In this document: positions 42,280 to 50,372 of the stretch, piece by piece
How the letters are laid out: each line of letters begins with the position of its first letter
Position numbering within the stretch: position 1 is the stretch's first letter
Assembly (NCBI GenBank): GCA_963845535.1
Contig: CAWJSK010000012.1
Coordinates: forward strand, 1 to 64,000
Origin: an uncultured Spirochaetota bacterium
GTDB lineage: Bacteria; Spirochaetota; Spirochaetia; SZUA-6; Fen-1364
Direction: 5' to 3'
Length of the DNA stretch: 64,000 nt
Position numbers and translations under genes: made by a program
Notes under the pieces: generated by a model
The model's input: only the letters and a program-made list of their open reading frames with translations
Databases searched by the model: none
Told to the model about the DNA's origin: nothing

Positions 42280-43107
42280 CTAGAACCCGCGAAGGTCGGT
42301 GCTGGATCTTTGAGGCATCCCTGCGGCTGGGACACGACGGAGCACGAGATACTCGATCCCGTGCTCGCGGCAAAACTCGCGCTTCTCCGCTTTGTCGCCT
42401 TCCTCGTTCACCGCGTACACCTGCGCTCCGATGTCCCCGATCTCCGGCTCGGCATCCATCCATCCCGACCCGGTGGAAACGAGAGAACGGTATACGTGGC
42501 GCACGGCCGCCGTCATATAGCGGCGTTGTTCCTGGAGAAACCGCGGGTGGCCGTCCCCCTTGAGAAGCCTCACGTTGGCGTCATGCCCGACCACGACGTA
42601 CAGCTCCCCGTAGCCCGACACTTCCTCGAAGAATCGGACGTGACCGGAGTGCAGCCAGTCGTAGCAGCCGGTCACGACGACGCGGCGTTTCGACCTGTCG
42701 GGGTGCGGCAGCGGAGGTTCGGGGAAGCCCTCGAGATCGCGGTCGGTGAACGCGTGAATCGGCGCACCCAGGGCCGAAGCAGTGCGGCGCGCCGACTCCG
42801 CTTCCGCCATACTCCCCCGGGCGTCCACGCACACGACCGGGCTGCGCGGAAGATCTGCCACCTGGCGCCACGGCTCCCGTCTGTCGTCCGCGACGAGCAC
42901 GCGGCTCACGAACCGCAAGGACTCGATCAGGTACCGCCGCTCGGCAAAGGCGAACTTCGGCAGCGCACCAGTGGCGGCGGAGATGACGGCGTCAGTCCAG
43001 AGGAGAGCGATCACTTCACCGATGCGGGAACACTCGTGCAGGAAGCGCACGTGGCGGAGGCCGAGGTCATCGAAGCCTCCGACCACCAAGGCGGTCGTTG
43101 AGCTCAC
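42280..43107 (-). CDS. Nucleotidyltransferase with two cytidylyltransferase-like domains
   Basis: Domain 1 GGFDDLGLRHVRFL (degenerate HxGH); domain 2 TGCYDWLHSGHVRFF; C-terminal RSSTDLR. Confidence 0.85.
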   Translation of the reverse strand: MSSTTALVVGGFDDLGLRHVRFLHECSRIGEVIALLWTDAVISAATGALPKFAFAERRYLIESLRFVSRVLVADDRREPWRQVADLPRSPVVCVDARGSMAEAESARRTASALGAPIHAFTDRDLEGFPEPPLPHPDRSKRRVVVTGCYDWLHSGHVRFFEEVSGYGELYVVVGHDANVRLLKGDGHPRFLQEQRRYMTAAVRHVYRSLVSTGSGWMDAEPEIGDIGAQVYAVNEEGDKAEKREFCREHGIEYLVLRRVPAAGMPQRSSTDLRGF

Positions 43108-43901
43108 GCGCCGGCTTCTCCGGTTCGCACCTGAACGTTGAAAGACCCGGACACCGACGCGTCGCTCACCACGTAGAGATATCCTCCGCCGCAGCCGGAG
43201 TACATCGCTCCATGAGAGCGCTCTTGATAGTGCCGCAGGAGCCCCGCCAGATCCACTGACGAAGACGGCGACCGCACCACGTGCGGCAGGAGCGTCTCCC
43301 AGCAGCGCATGCACTCGTTCATGGACTCACCCAGCGCAGGTGCGTCCATCGCCAGGATCGCCTCCCAGCACGCCAGCCCGGACTTCCCTCAGCCGGGCGA
43401 TCCACGCCGGATCGAGGTTCTGAACCGCCAGGGGCTCGTAGCCGGCAGGTCGCGGAGCAACCGGTAGAACCTTGATGACGCGCTCTATCCACCGGGCCAC
43501 GGCCCGGTCCGTGCAGCTTTCGACACGCGCAGGAAACACGCCTGCTTCCACGGAGGCATCGTAGTCAAGCCGGCATACGCCCGGGTACAGGAGGCCCACC
43601 ATATCCTGGGAACCGGAGGGCTCTGCGCTTCCTCGGTTCTCCGCTTCGTACAACTCCCGCACCAACTGCTTCGGGTCACCGAACGGCATACGGCCGCCCC
43701 AGTGTTGGAGCGCCACGCCGCGAGTCGAGGTAGCCATGCCGCACCGGTCCATCCACCGAAACGTGGGCTCCACTGCAACGGTCACCATGGAGCCGGGGGC
43801 TCGGGGTTGAGCCGGGAGACGAAGGGCTGGTCGATCCACCCGCCGGCGAACGCCATGCGGTAGGGAAACGGTCCGATGACGTTCGTAATGTCCCCTGCCA
43901 T
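43104..43901 (-). CDS. GHMP-superfamily sugar kinase-like protein (frameshifts near 43795 and 43380)
   Basis: PYRMAFAGGWIDQP (motif I), RCGMATST (variant motif II), SGSQD, YSGCGGGY (motif III). Confidence 0.75.
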
Positions 43902-43907
43902 ACGCGC

Positions 43908-44915
43908 TCAGCTCACCGTGGTCCTGCCCGCCTTGCGGTCGCGGTACTGTTGGTCGATCCAGTGGTAGGTCTTGGCGAGGCCGACTTTCAGCGGGGTGTC
44001 CGGCTCCCACCCCAGTATGCGATGGATCATCGTGTTGTCGCTGTTGCGTCCGGCCACTCCGCGAGGAGCAGCTGGATCATAGCGCCGGGCCAGCTTCACG
44101 CCGCCGATCGTCTCCGCGAGGGAAGCCAGATCGTTGATGGAAACCAACTCGGAGGATCCGAGGTTGATGGGTGTGGCCACGAGCTTCTCGCAGTGCATGA
44201 TCTGGTCGATGCCTGTCGTGCAATCATCTATGAACATGAAGCTGCGCGTCTGCGTCCCGTCACCCCAGATGGTGATTTCACCCGAGCCCGTGTCCTTTGC
44301 CTCGATGACCTTGCGGCAAAGAGCAGCCGGCGCCTTCTCCCGACCGCCGTCCCAGGTGCCGAAAGGACCGTAGACGTTATGGAACCGGGCGATGAAGGTG
44401 GGCAGACCGCGCTCGGCGGTGTACTCCTGGCAGAACATCTCCGAGAGCAGCTTCTCCCAGCCGTAGCCGCGCTCCGCCATGGCCGGGTAAGCGTCGGATT
44501 CTTTCAACGCGCGGACCTTCGGGTCCTTCTGCAAATCGGTGTTGTAAGCGCAAGCCGAGGAGGAGAAGAAGTACCGCTGCGCCCCGGCGCGCCAGGCCGC
44601 CTCGATGAGGTGCGTGTTGATGAGGATGCTCCGCAGGCAGTCCACGCGGTGGCGCTCGATGAAGCCCATGCCCCCCATGTCCGCGGCCAGATTGTACACC
44701 TCGGCCGCGCCCTCCGCGGTCCGCCGGCAGTTCTCAGGATCGCTCAGATCGAGGGTCAGGCTCTCCACCCCCGGTGTCCGCTGGTACCATTCCGTCAGCG
44801 GCTTCTTGTCTACCGCGCGAACTCGGGTGAAGCCGCGGTCGTGGAAGTAGCGGACCAGCGCTCCGGCGATAAAGCCGCCCGCCCCGGCGACCACGATCAA
44901 ATCGTTCTTGTCCAT
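43908..44915 (-). CDS. GDP-mannose 3,5-epimerase-like extended SDR
   Basis: GAGGFIA, NLAADMGGMGFI, SSACAY, YGWEK, RFHNVYGPFGTWDGGREKAPAALCRK, WGDGTQTRSF and GVAGRNSDN; these are the hallmark GME motifs. Confidence 0.92.
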   Translation of the reverse strand: MDKNDLIVVAGAGGFIAGALVRYFHDRGFTRVRAVDKKPLTEWYQRTPGVESLTLDLSDPENCRRTAEGAAEVYNLAADMGGMGFIERHRVDCLRSILINTHLIEAAWRAGAQRYFFSSSACAYNTDLQKDPKVRALKESDAYPAMAERGYGWEKLLSEMFCQEYTAERGLPTFIARFHNVYGPFGTWDGGREKAPAALCRKVIEAKDTGSGEITIWGDGTQTRSFMFIDDCTTGIDQIMHCEKLVATPINLGSSELVSINDLASLAETIGGVKLARRYDPAAPRGVAGRNSDNTMIHRILGWEPDTPLKVGLAKTYHWIDQQYRDRKAGRTTVS

Positions 44916-45030
44916 TCTGTTCCTCCCCGGGATAGCGTAGTGCCGGCATGGCTTTCCGGAATGCCTGAAATGCGTATACTTTATCACGTTTTGCGAACTG
45001 TCAGCGACGGGAGGCGGGAGGCGGACCGGG

Positions 45031-46164
45031 ATGAGGGCGGGGCGACGCAGGCGTGTGGGGTTGTTCATGGGGCTCATCGACCACTACGAGCATGGGATCG
45101 CGCGGGGAGTAGTGCGCTTCGCTCGCGGACGGCCGGACTGGGACCTGTACGGTTACGGCTGGATGTTCCAGGCCATGGGCTCGCTGGAGCGTTGGGACGG
45201 GAACGGCATCATCGCGCGCATCGAATCGGCACGGGACGCGGACCTGCTGGCAGCGCGCCGGATCCCCGTGGTCGACGTGGCGGGCGCGTGGATGCGGACG
45301 GGCTTCCGTCAGGTGAGCAATGACGACATGTCCACGGGCCGCCTCGCCGGGCATCACCTGGCAAGCCTTGGACGCCCCAGCTTCGCGTTCTGCGGAGTCA
45401 GCAGGGTGGGATGGTCCGCCGCGCGCCGAGACGCCTTCCGGGGTACTGTTCCCGCCTTGTCCGTGTTCGAGAAGCCATTGGTCTGGTGGGAGAAGCTTCA
45501 CAGGTCGGACCCGTTCGACCGTTGGCTCGCGCGTCTTCCGCGCCCGTGCGCTCTCTTTGCGTGCAATGACACCGTGGGTCTCAAAGCGGCCGCCGCGTGC
45601 CGCCGGCTGGGTCTCGAGGTTCCGGCCGACATCGCCATTCTTGGCGTCGACAACGAGGACATCCTCTGCGAGCTTTCCGTACCGCCGCTTTCCAGCATCG
45701 CGCTGGACCTGGAGCGCGTCGGATGGCTGGCGGCCGAGGCGCTGGCGGCGTTCATGGACGGCACCGCGGGGCGGGGCCCACAAGTGGTGGTGCCGCCACG
45801 CGAGGTCGTGGAACGGGATTCCACCCGTGCGATCGTGACGGGGGACACGCTCGTGGATCAGGCGCTGCATGCCATCCACGGTGCGGCCTCCACGGCGGTC
45901 ACCGTGAGCCAGATCCTGTCTTCCGTCCACTGCTCGCGCCGAACGCTGGAAAAGAGGTTCAGGGCCGCGCTGGGCCGAAGCATTCACCAGGAAGTCGTCC
46001 GCCGCCGAGTGGAGTCGGCGCGTCGCCTGCTTCGGGACACCACGCTCACGATCGCCTCGATTGCGGGAGAAGCAGGCTTCGCAAATGCCCAGCGCTTCTA
46101 CGCGTCCTTCAAGAAGGTCCAGGGCGTCACGCCGGGCGCCTACCGGCAATCCTACCGGTCCTGA
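45031..46164 (+). CDS. XylR-type regulator (LacI-like sensor domain plus AraC HTH)
   Basis: LFACND, VPADIAILGVDNE, PPLSSI, SRRTLEKRF, AGF...FKKVQGVTPGAYR. Confidence 0.92.
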   Translation: MRAGRRRRVGLFMGLIDHYEHGIARGVVRFARGRPDWDLYGYGWMFQAMGSLERWDGNGIIARIESARDADLLAARRIPVVDVAGAWMRTGFRQVSNDDMSTGRLAGHHLASLGRPSFAFCGVSRVGWSAARRDAFRGTVPALSVFEKPLVWWEKLHRSDPFDRWLARLPRPCALFACNDTVGLKAAAACRRLGLEVPADIAILGVDNEDILCELSVPPLSSIALDLERVGWLAAEALAAFMDGTAGRGPQVVVPPREVVERDSTRAIVTGDTLVDQALHAIHGAASTAVTVSQILSSVHCSRRTLEKRFRAALGRSIHQEVVRRRVESARRLLRDTTLTIASIAGEAGFANAQRFYASFKKVQGVTPGAYRQSYRS

Positions 46165-46196
46165 CGAATCACGAGGCCAGCGGGAGGGGACCCAAA

Positions 46197-46216
46197 TGTG
46201 ACTGGAATTGTGACTG
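46197..46216 (+). repeat. Tandem TGTGACTG direct repeat, possible integrase arm-type sites
   Basis: TGTGACTG-gaat-TGTGACTG, about 155 bp inside the right att core. Confidence 0.45.
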
Positions 46217-46366
46217 ACAGCGCTGCTCTGTCACGCTTCGAAGCGCCACAGAAGAAAACGCAAGGCTACATTCCGCTTGCGCTAAGTCCCTTGGCGATAT
46301 ACAGTAAGGCACAGAAAGCTTTAGACGGCTACAAACCGCCACGCGACGACCGGCGCATAGCCCGGA

Positions 46367-46410
46367 TTCCTAAACCGTAGGTCGGATGTTCGAGTCATCT
46401 CTGGGGCAAA
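46367..46410 (+). repeat. att site: 3' half of tRNA-Arg(CCT) starting at the anticodon loop
   Basis: TTCCT plus an exact copy of 1-39; no D-arm or 5' acceptor strand upstream. Confidence 0.9.
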
Positions 46411-46557
46411 CATAACTCCCATAGACCAAAGGATTGCGGAAGTTGCGCCAGACGACATCCGGAAAACTGCCGGTTCTCGACTCAGGATCGACGAAAAAAC
46501 TTCGGATAACGGATTTTTCAAGTAAGGCTCTCTGTTCCGCCACACTACCGGTCCAGC

Positions 46558-46820
46558 CTGAGGGTAATTCCGAAAAGATTCGGAGGAAACATCAGGTATC
46601 CCAAGCCGAGTGCGAGCAGTCATTCCTCAAGACCGATTGTTATAAGCTTTGACGAGAGCCATTCCAAGCTCGAACAGAGGTTCGCGGCATTGGGACGCAC
46701 CGACTTCGGCCGCCAACTGACTGTCATTTTCACGACCCGTGGTTCGTTGCTACGAGTCATTTCAGGTCGGCCTATGAGCGGACGAGAACGGAGGATTTAT
46801 GCCAAGCGCACGCAAAGCGG
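46558..46820 (+). pseudogene. brnT: BrnT-family toxin remnant (5'-truncated, frameshifted)
   Basis: EGNSEKIRRKHQVSQAECEQ, then in another frame DESHSKLEQRFAALGRT..GRQLTVIFT.RG..LRVISGRPMS.RERRIY. Confidence 0.75.
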
Positions 46821-47164
46821 TGCCTGAGTTCAGGTCAGAAGCCGAAGAGCGCGCCTTTTGGGAAGAGCACGATAGTGCTGACTATCTGGACTGGTCGCGG
46901 GCAGAGGCCGTCCTGTTTACGAACCTCAGGCCGTCTACTTCCACGATCTCGCTACGGCTTCCGGCTCAGCTTCTTGCTGACTTGAAAGTCCCGGCAAACA
47001 GGCGTGATGTACCATATCAGTCGCTGCTCAAGGTTTATCTGGCGGAACGGATTGCGAGAAAGCGCCAAGGCACTCCCCGGAAACCTTCGCGACGTTCTAA
47101 GTCGTCTTCGCCCTCCAAGAGGAGCACGCGGCTCGCGAAGAGGGGTCACTCACGATCGAGCTGA
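46799..47164 (+). CDS. brnA: BrnA/CopG-family antitoxin
   Basis: PEFRSEAEERAFWEEHDSADY...TISLRLP...RRDVPYQSLLKVYLAE. Confidence 0.85.
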   Translation: MPSARKAVPEFRSEAEERAFWEEHDSADYLDWSRAEAVLFTNLRPSTSTISLRLPAQLLADLKVPANRRDVPYQSLLKVYLAERIARKRQGTPRKPSRRSKSSSPSKRSTRLAKRGHSRSS

Positions 47165-47325
47165 GCCCGGTTCCACGGGCATGCCCGTCGTGAGGTCGCC
47201 GCTGTCAAGGACCTCTCGGACCTTCGCCGACAACTGTTTCATGCTGAATGGCTTCTGCAGGAATGGAACTTCCTCTTCGCTGCCATCGGATCTTCGAGAA
47301 ACGTCCGCGGAGTACCCTGAGGCGA
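47160..47325 (-). pseudogene. C-terminal fragment of a receiver domain
   Basis: SGYSAD...FLQKPFSMKQLSAKVREVLD with no upstream part. Confidence 0.65.
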
Positions 47326-47414
47326 TTTGTGAATAGTCCGTCATCCTGGGTGCTGGACGGCGAAAGGGCGCCATCGCCAGAGGGGCGTTCGGTACGTCAG
47401 AGGCTGTTGCCGGG

Positions 47415-47785
47415 AGGGATGGTCAAGCTGGAGTTGGTGCTTGAGCCCGACGAGGCGTATTTGATCCTGTGCGCCGTGGAGCGTGCCCGGGAGGTGAGCG
47501 CCTGCGATTCTGAGGAACGCGAAAGGCCGCCCCAGCCGATGGCGGGGACAGAACGGGCCGCCGAAACGGCCGGCGGTTCCGCGGAAACGTCCCGGCCGTC
47601 GCGGGCTGACGGCGCGGTGAAGCTCGCAGAGTCGTTCCTAGCCGGCAATCCGGTAAGCGGAAGGGGCGGCGAGCGTTTCCAGGTCATGGCTCATTTGGAT
47701 CAGGAGGTTCTCGGCCCGGATGGCGCATGGGCGGCCACCCTGGAGGACGGCACCCGCGTTTCCGCGGAAACGTTTCGAAGAGTGG
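47415..47785 (+). pseudogene. Internal fragment of a DUF222/HNH-endonuclease-type protein
   Basis: GMVKLELVLEPDEA.LIL.A, SRADGAV.LAE, GGERFQVM.HLD, LEDGTRVSAET.RR. Confidence 0.6.
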
Positions 47786-47875
47786 TTCAGAACCGTCTCG
47801 TGAGGCGACAAACGGCGTCGATATCCTTGCGGCCCTTGGTCCCGAGTTTCTCCGCCAAGTCGGGGGTTCGCTCAC

Positions 47876-48181
47876 TTACACGAACTCGAGGTTCTCATCG
47901 TCCGCCATGATGGACGGGATGCTGCCGAGGAACGGAAGCTGGAGAAGTCCGTGCCACCTCCGCACGAGGTGGTAGGTAGGCGAGGTGAGAAGCCGGCAGC
48001 TTTCGACTGCTTCCCTCCATTCCGCGCGACGGATCTCGCGGAGGGTTTCCTCGTCCGGCAGGATCCCGAAATCCCAGGCCGAGCACAGACGGGCCAGGTA
48101 GTCGACCTTCTCAGGGAACGCCCTGAGGGAGGCCGGCTGCTCCTTGTCAGGATAGAGACTGCCATCGATGCGGAAACTCAC
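47876..48181 (-). CDS. Hypothetical protein coupled to the AbiEii-like gene
   Basis: 101-aa ORF whose GTG start overlaps the stop of the upstream gene (GTGA). Confidence 0.65.
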   Translation of the reverse strand: MSFRIDGSLYPDKEQPASLRAFPEKVDYLARLCSAWDFGILPDEETLREIRRAEWREAVESCRLLTSPTYHLVRRWHGLLQLPFLGSIPSIMADDENLEFV

Positions 48182-48864
48182 GCGAGGAGCTCCCTCTCAA
48201 ACCATGAACGGAGCGCGGCGGCACTCTCCCTCTTCGCTGTGTCCCGGATCCGTTCGAGGGGCCGAGCCACGGCCAATCGGGCGAGATGGGTCATGATCGC
48301 GGCGCGCGCGCGCGAACGATCAGCGTTCCCCCGTGCCAGCCTCTGGCGAACCTCCCACAGCTGCCAGCAGCGGGCGGCTGTGCAGTACCCGGCAGTACAG
48401 AGGGAATGGATATCCCGGAGGTCCCGGGGGGCTCCGCGCTCGACGAGGGCGACCATTTTGGCCGCGACGAGCTCGTCCAGGCTGTCGAGCGCGATGCCTC
48501 CCGGCCACAGGCCTTCCACGGGGGGGTCGATCTGCGCGGACCGCCGGGCAACCTGGAAACTGAAGACGGTCTTGCCGTCCCGTTCGAGCTCGACGCTCAC
48601 CACATCACCCCACTCCCGCTTGCGTACGGCGCCAAAGCGTTCCAAGGCTCGCGTCACCGATCCGACGACCGCGAGCTCCTGCTCCCTCGTGACGGGGTCT
48701 CGCCACCACGCATCCACGTCGTGTGTCGGCCGGTACTCGTAGTAGTGCGCGAGCGCGAAGGCACCCCCGATCGAGATGTGACGGCCCAAGCCTTCCGCGG
48801 CGAGGGCATCCAGGCAGGCGCGGGCGAATGGTGAAATGTCCTTCGGCAGGTGGGGTTCGTGCAC
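48178..48864 (-). CDS. AbiEii/AbiGii-family nucleotidyltransferase toxin
   Basis: IGGAFALAHYYEYRPTHDVD, then ELVAAKMVALVERGAPRDLRDI. Confidence 0.82.
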   Translation of the reverse strand: MHEPHLPKDISPFARACLDALAAEGLGRHISIGGAFALAHYYEYRPTHDVDAWWRDPVTREQELAVVGSVTRALERFGAVRKREWGDVVSVELERDGKTVFSFQVARRSAQIDPPVEGLWPGGIALDSLDELVAAKMVALVERGAPRDLRDIHSLCTAGYCTAARCWQLWEVRQRLARGNADRSRARAAIMTHLARLAVARPLERIRDTAKRESAAALRSWFERELLA

Positions 48865-48944
48865 GGGCGCAAGTCTATCAGCCGTGAATCCAGCGGTCCA
48901 GCCTGCCGCGGAAACGTGCCGCGGAAACGGCGCGCACCGATGGT

Positions 48945-49292
48945 TCATCGTGTGTACCCCTCCGGGGGCAGCGCCAACCCGACCCGCTGGCGGGACATTT
49001 CGCCGTCGCGAGCGATGTTCGCGAGCATGAGCGCGGCCGCGTCCTGGTAAGGAACGACCAGCTCCGACATGCGACTGCTGAGGAAACGCAAGGCGCTCGA
49101 GTCTGAGAGGGACTGGATTTCGTCCGGCATTTCCAGTGGCAGTCGGTCCAGCGAGATGCGCAATCTGGCGAGTCCCCGGGGACGCTCGTCTACCATGGGC
49201 CCCGGACACAAGATTCGCCAATCCAGATTGGTTTGGCGGATACGGTCGAAATTGGAGCGATGAGGCCAGTAGTTGTCGCCGATCATCGGCAA
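48945..49292 (-). pseudogene. C-terminal fragment of an NAD(P)H-binding oxidoreductase
   Basis: LDWRILCPGPM...VPYQDAA...RQRVGLALP; the Rossmann N-terminus is missing. Confidence 0.55.
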
Positions 49293-49323
49293 GTCGACAC
49301 CCTTTTGACCGCGCCCATCGATG

Positions 49324-49455
49324 TCAAGCGAGCTGGATGGCGTTGCTGCCGACGCAAGTGGAGCCGCCCCACACGAGGACCTTTTCGTTTCGATCGACTG
49401 GGTGGAGGCTGGGCATCGCCAATCCGAGGTGGTCCTGCTGGAACATCCCGGTGGC
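49324..49455 (-). pseudogene. Fragment of a zinc-binding dehydrogenase/enoyl-reductase-like gene
   Basis: Minus strand reads GMFQQDHLGL..P...KVLVWGGSTCVGSNAIQLA. Confidence 0.6.
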
Positions 49456-49492
49456 TGGCATCATCCCTATACTGAGATGCGATAGGAGAGAT

Positions 49493-49541
49493 TTGCTTGA
49501 CAATGATGCGGAATTATATTACTAATCAATTTACTAGTTGA
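49493..49541 (+). promoter_or_regulatory. Putative promoter with a TCAA-N8-TTGA operator upstream of the ArsR gene
   Basis: TTGACA at 49497, an AT-rich stretch, and the inverted repeat TCAATTTACTAGTTGA at 49526-49541. Confidence 0.45.
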
Positions 49542-49680
49542 GAATTGAAATGCTGATAAGCAATTCGCCTCTCGAGACTTTGTCTGTGGCAGGCGGATGA
49601 ACTGCAACACGGTATTGCGATTGTCAGAGTCCCGCACGCTTCCGGTTGGTGCAGTAGTTCTTAGGTTGGAGTAATGAACA

Positions 49681-50358
49681 GTGAAAAGCAGAGAGTTCAA
49701 GGACGCCGTATTCGAGCAGTTTGCGCGCGTTGCAGCTGCCTTCGCCACTCCGAAGCGCATCGAGATAATTGATGTCCTGGCGCAAGGGGAGCGAAACGTG
49801 GAAACCATTGCGGCTGAGACCTGCCTTTCGGTGGCAAATGCCTCTCGCCACCTCCACGTCTTGAAGGCGAGTCGGCTCGTCGCCTCGCGCAAAGAGGGGC
49901 TACAGGTGATTTACCGGTTGGCCGACCCACGGGTGCTCGAGGCATATCGTATGCTCCGCACCCTCGCCCAAGAGCGGCTTGCCGAAGTCGACCGTCTGGT
50001 ACGGGACTACTTCGAAGGAGCGGACGGCCTCGAACCGATCTCCCGAGCCGCGCTTCTCGACTTGGCCCGACGGGACGAGGTGATCGTCGTGGATGTGCGA
50101 CCGACGGAGGAGTTCACCTCCGGACATATTGCAGGCGCCCTGTCGGTACCTCTTTCCGATCTAGAAACAAGGCTGTCCGAAATTCCCTCAGACCGCGAGG
50201 TTGTCGCGTACTGTCGGGGCCCGTACTGCGTGTTTGCCGCTGAAGCGGTGCGGCTATTGCGCATGCGCGGCTATCGAGCGGTTCGCTTCGAGGAGGGCTA
50301 CCCTGAATGGCGCGATGCCGGGCTTCCGGTGGAAATGGCGGCAAGTTCCGCTCGCTGA
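49681..50358 (+). CDS. ArsR-family regulator with C-terminal rhodanese domain
   Basis: PKRIEIIDVLAQGER.VE..A...SVANASRHL; DVRPTEEF..GHIAGA; YCRGPYC. Confidence 0.93.
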   Translation: MKSREFKDAVFEQFARVAAAFATPKRIEIIDVLAQGERNVETIAAETCLSVANASRHLHVLKASRLVASRKEGLQVIYRLADPRVLEAYRMLRTLAQERLAEVDRLVRDYFEGADGLEPISRAALLDLARRDEVIVVDVRPTEEFTSGHIAGALSVPLSDLETRLSEIPSDREVVAYCRGPYCVFAAEAVRLLRMRGYRAVRFEEGYPEWRDAGLPVEMAASSAR

Positions 50359-50372
50359 AACAGAGTCAATAA

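Larger units (their letters stand above)
1..46410. mobile_element. Putative tRNA-Arg-targeted genomic island (~46 kb) bounded by 39-bp direct repeats
   Basis: 1-39 is identical to 46372-46410. TA genes and IS remnants sit near the ends, and the cargo is accessory. No integrase is visible inside. Confidence 0.7.

Noticed and set aside
42280..44915. Reading the epimerase cluster as an LPS/capsule or ascorbate biosynthesis locus
   Set aside because: No glycosyltransferases, export genes or downstream ascorbate enzymes are in the window, and the context is sugar import and regulation. Disfavoured but not excluded.
46330..46410. Complete tRNA gene at the right repeat
   Set aside because: There is no 5' acceptor strand or D-arm upstream of the anticodon loop, so it is an att fragment.
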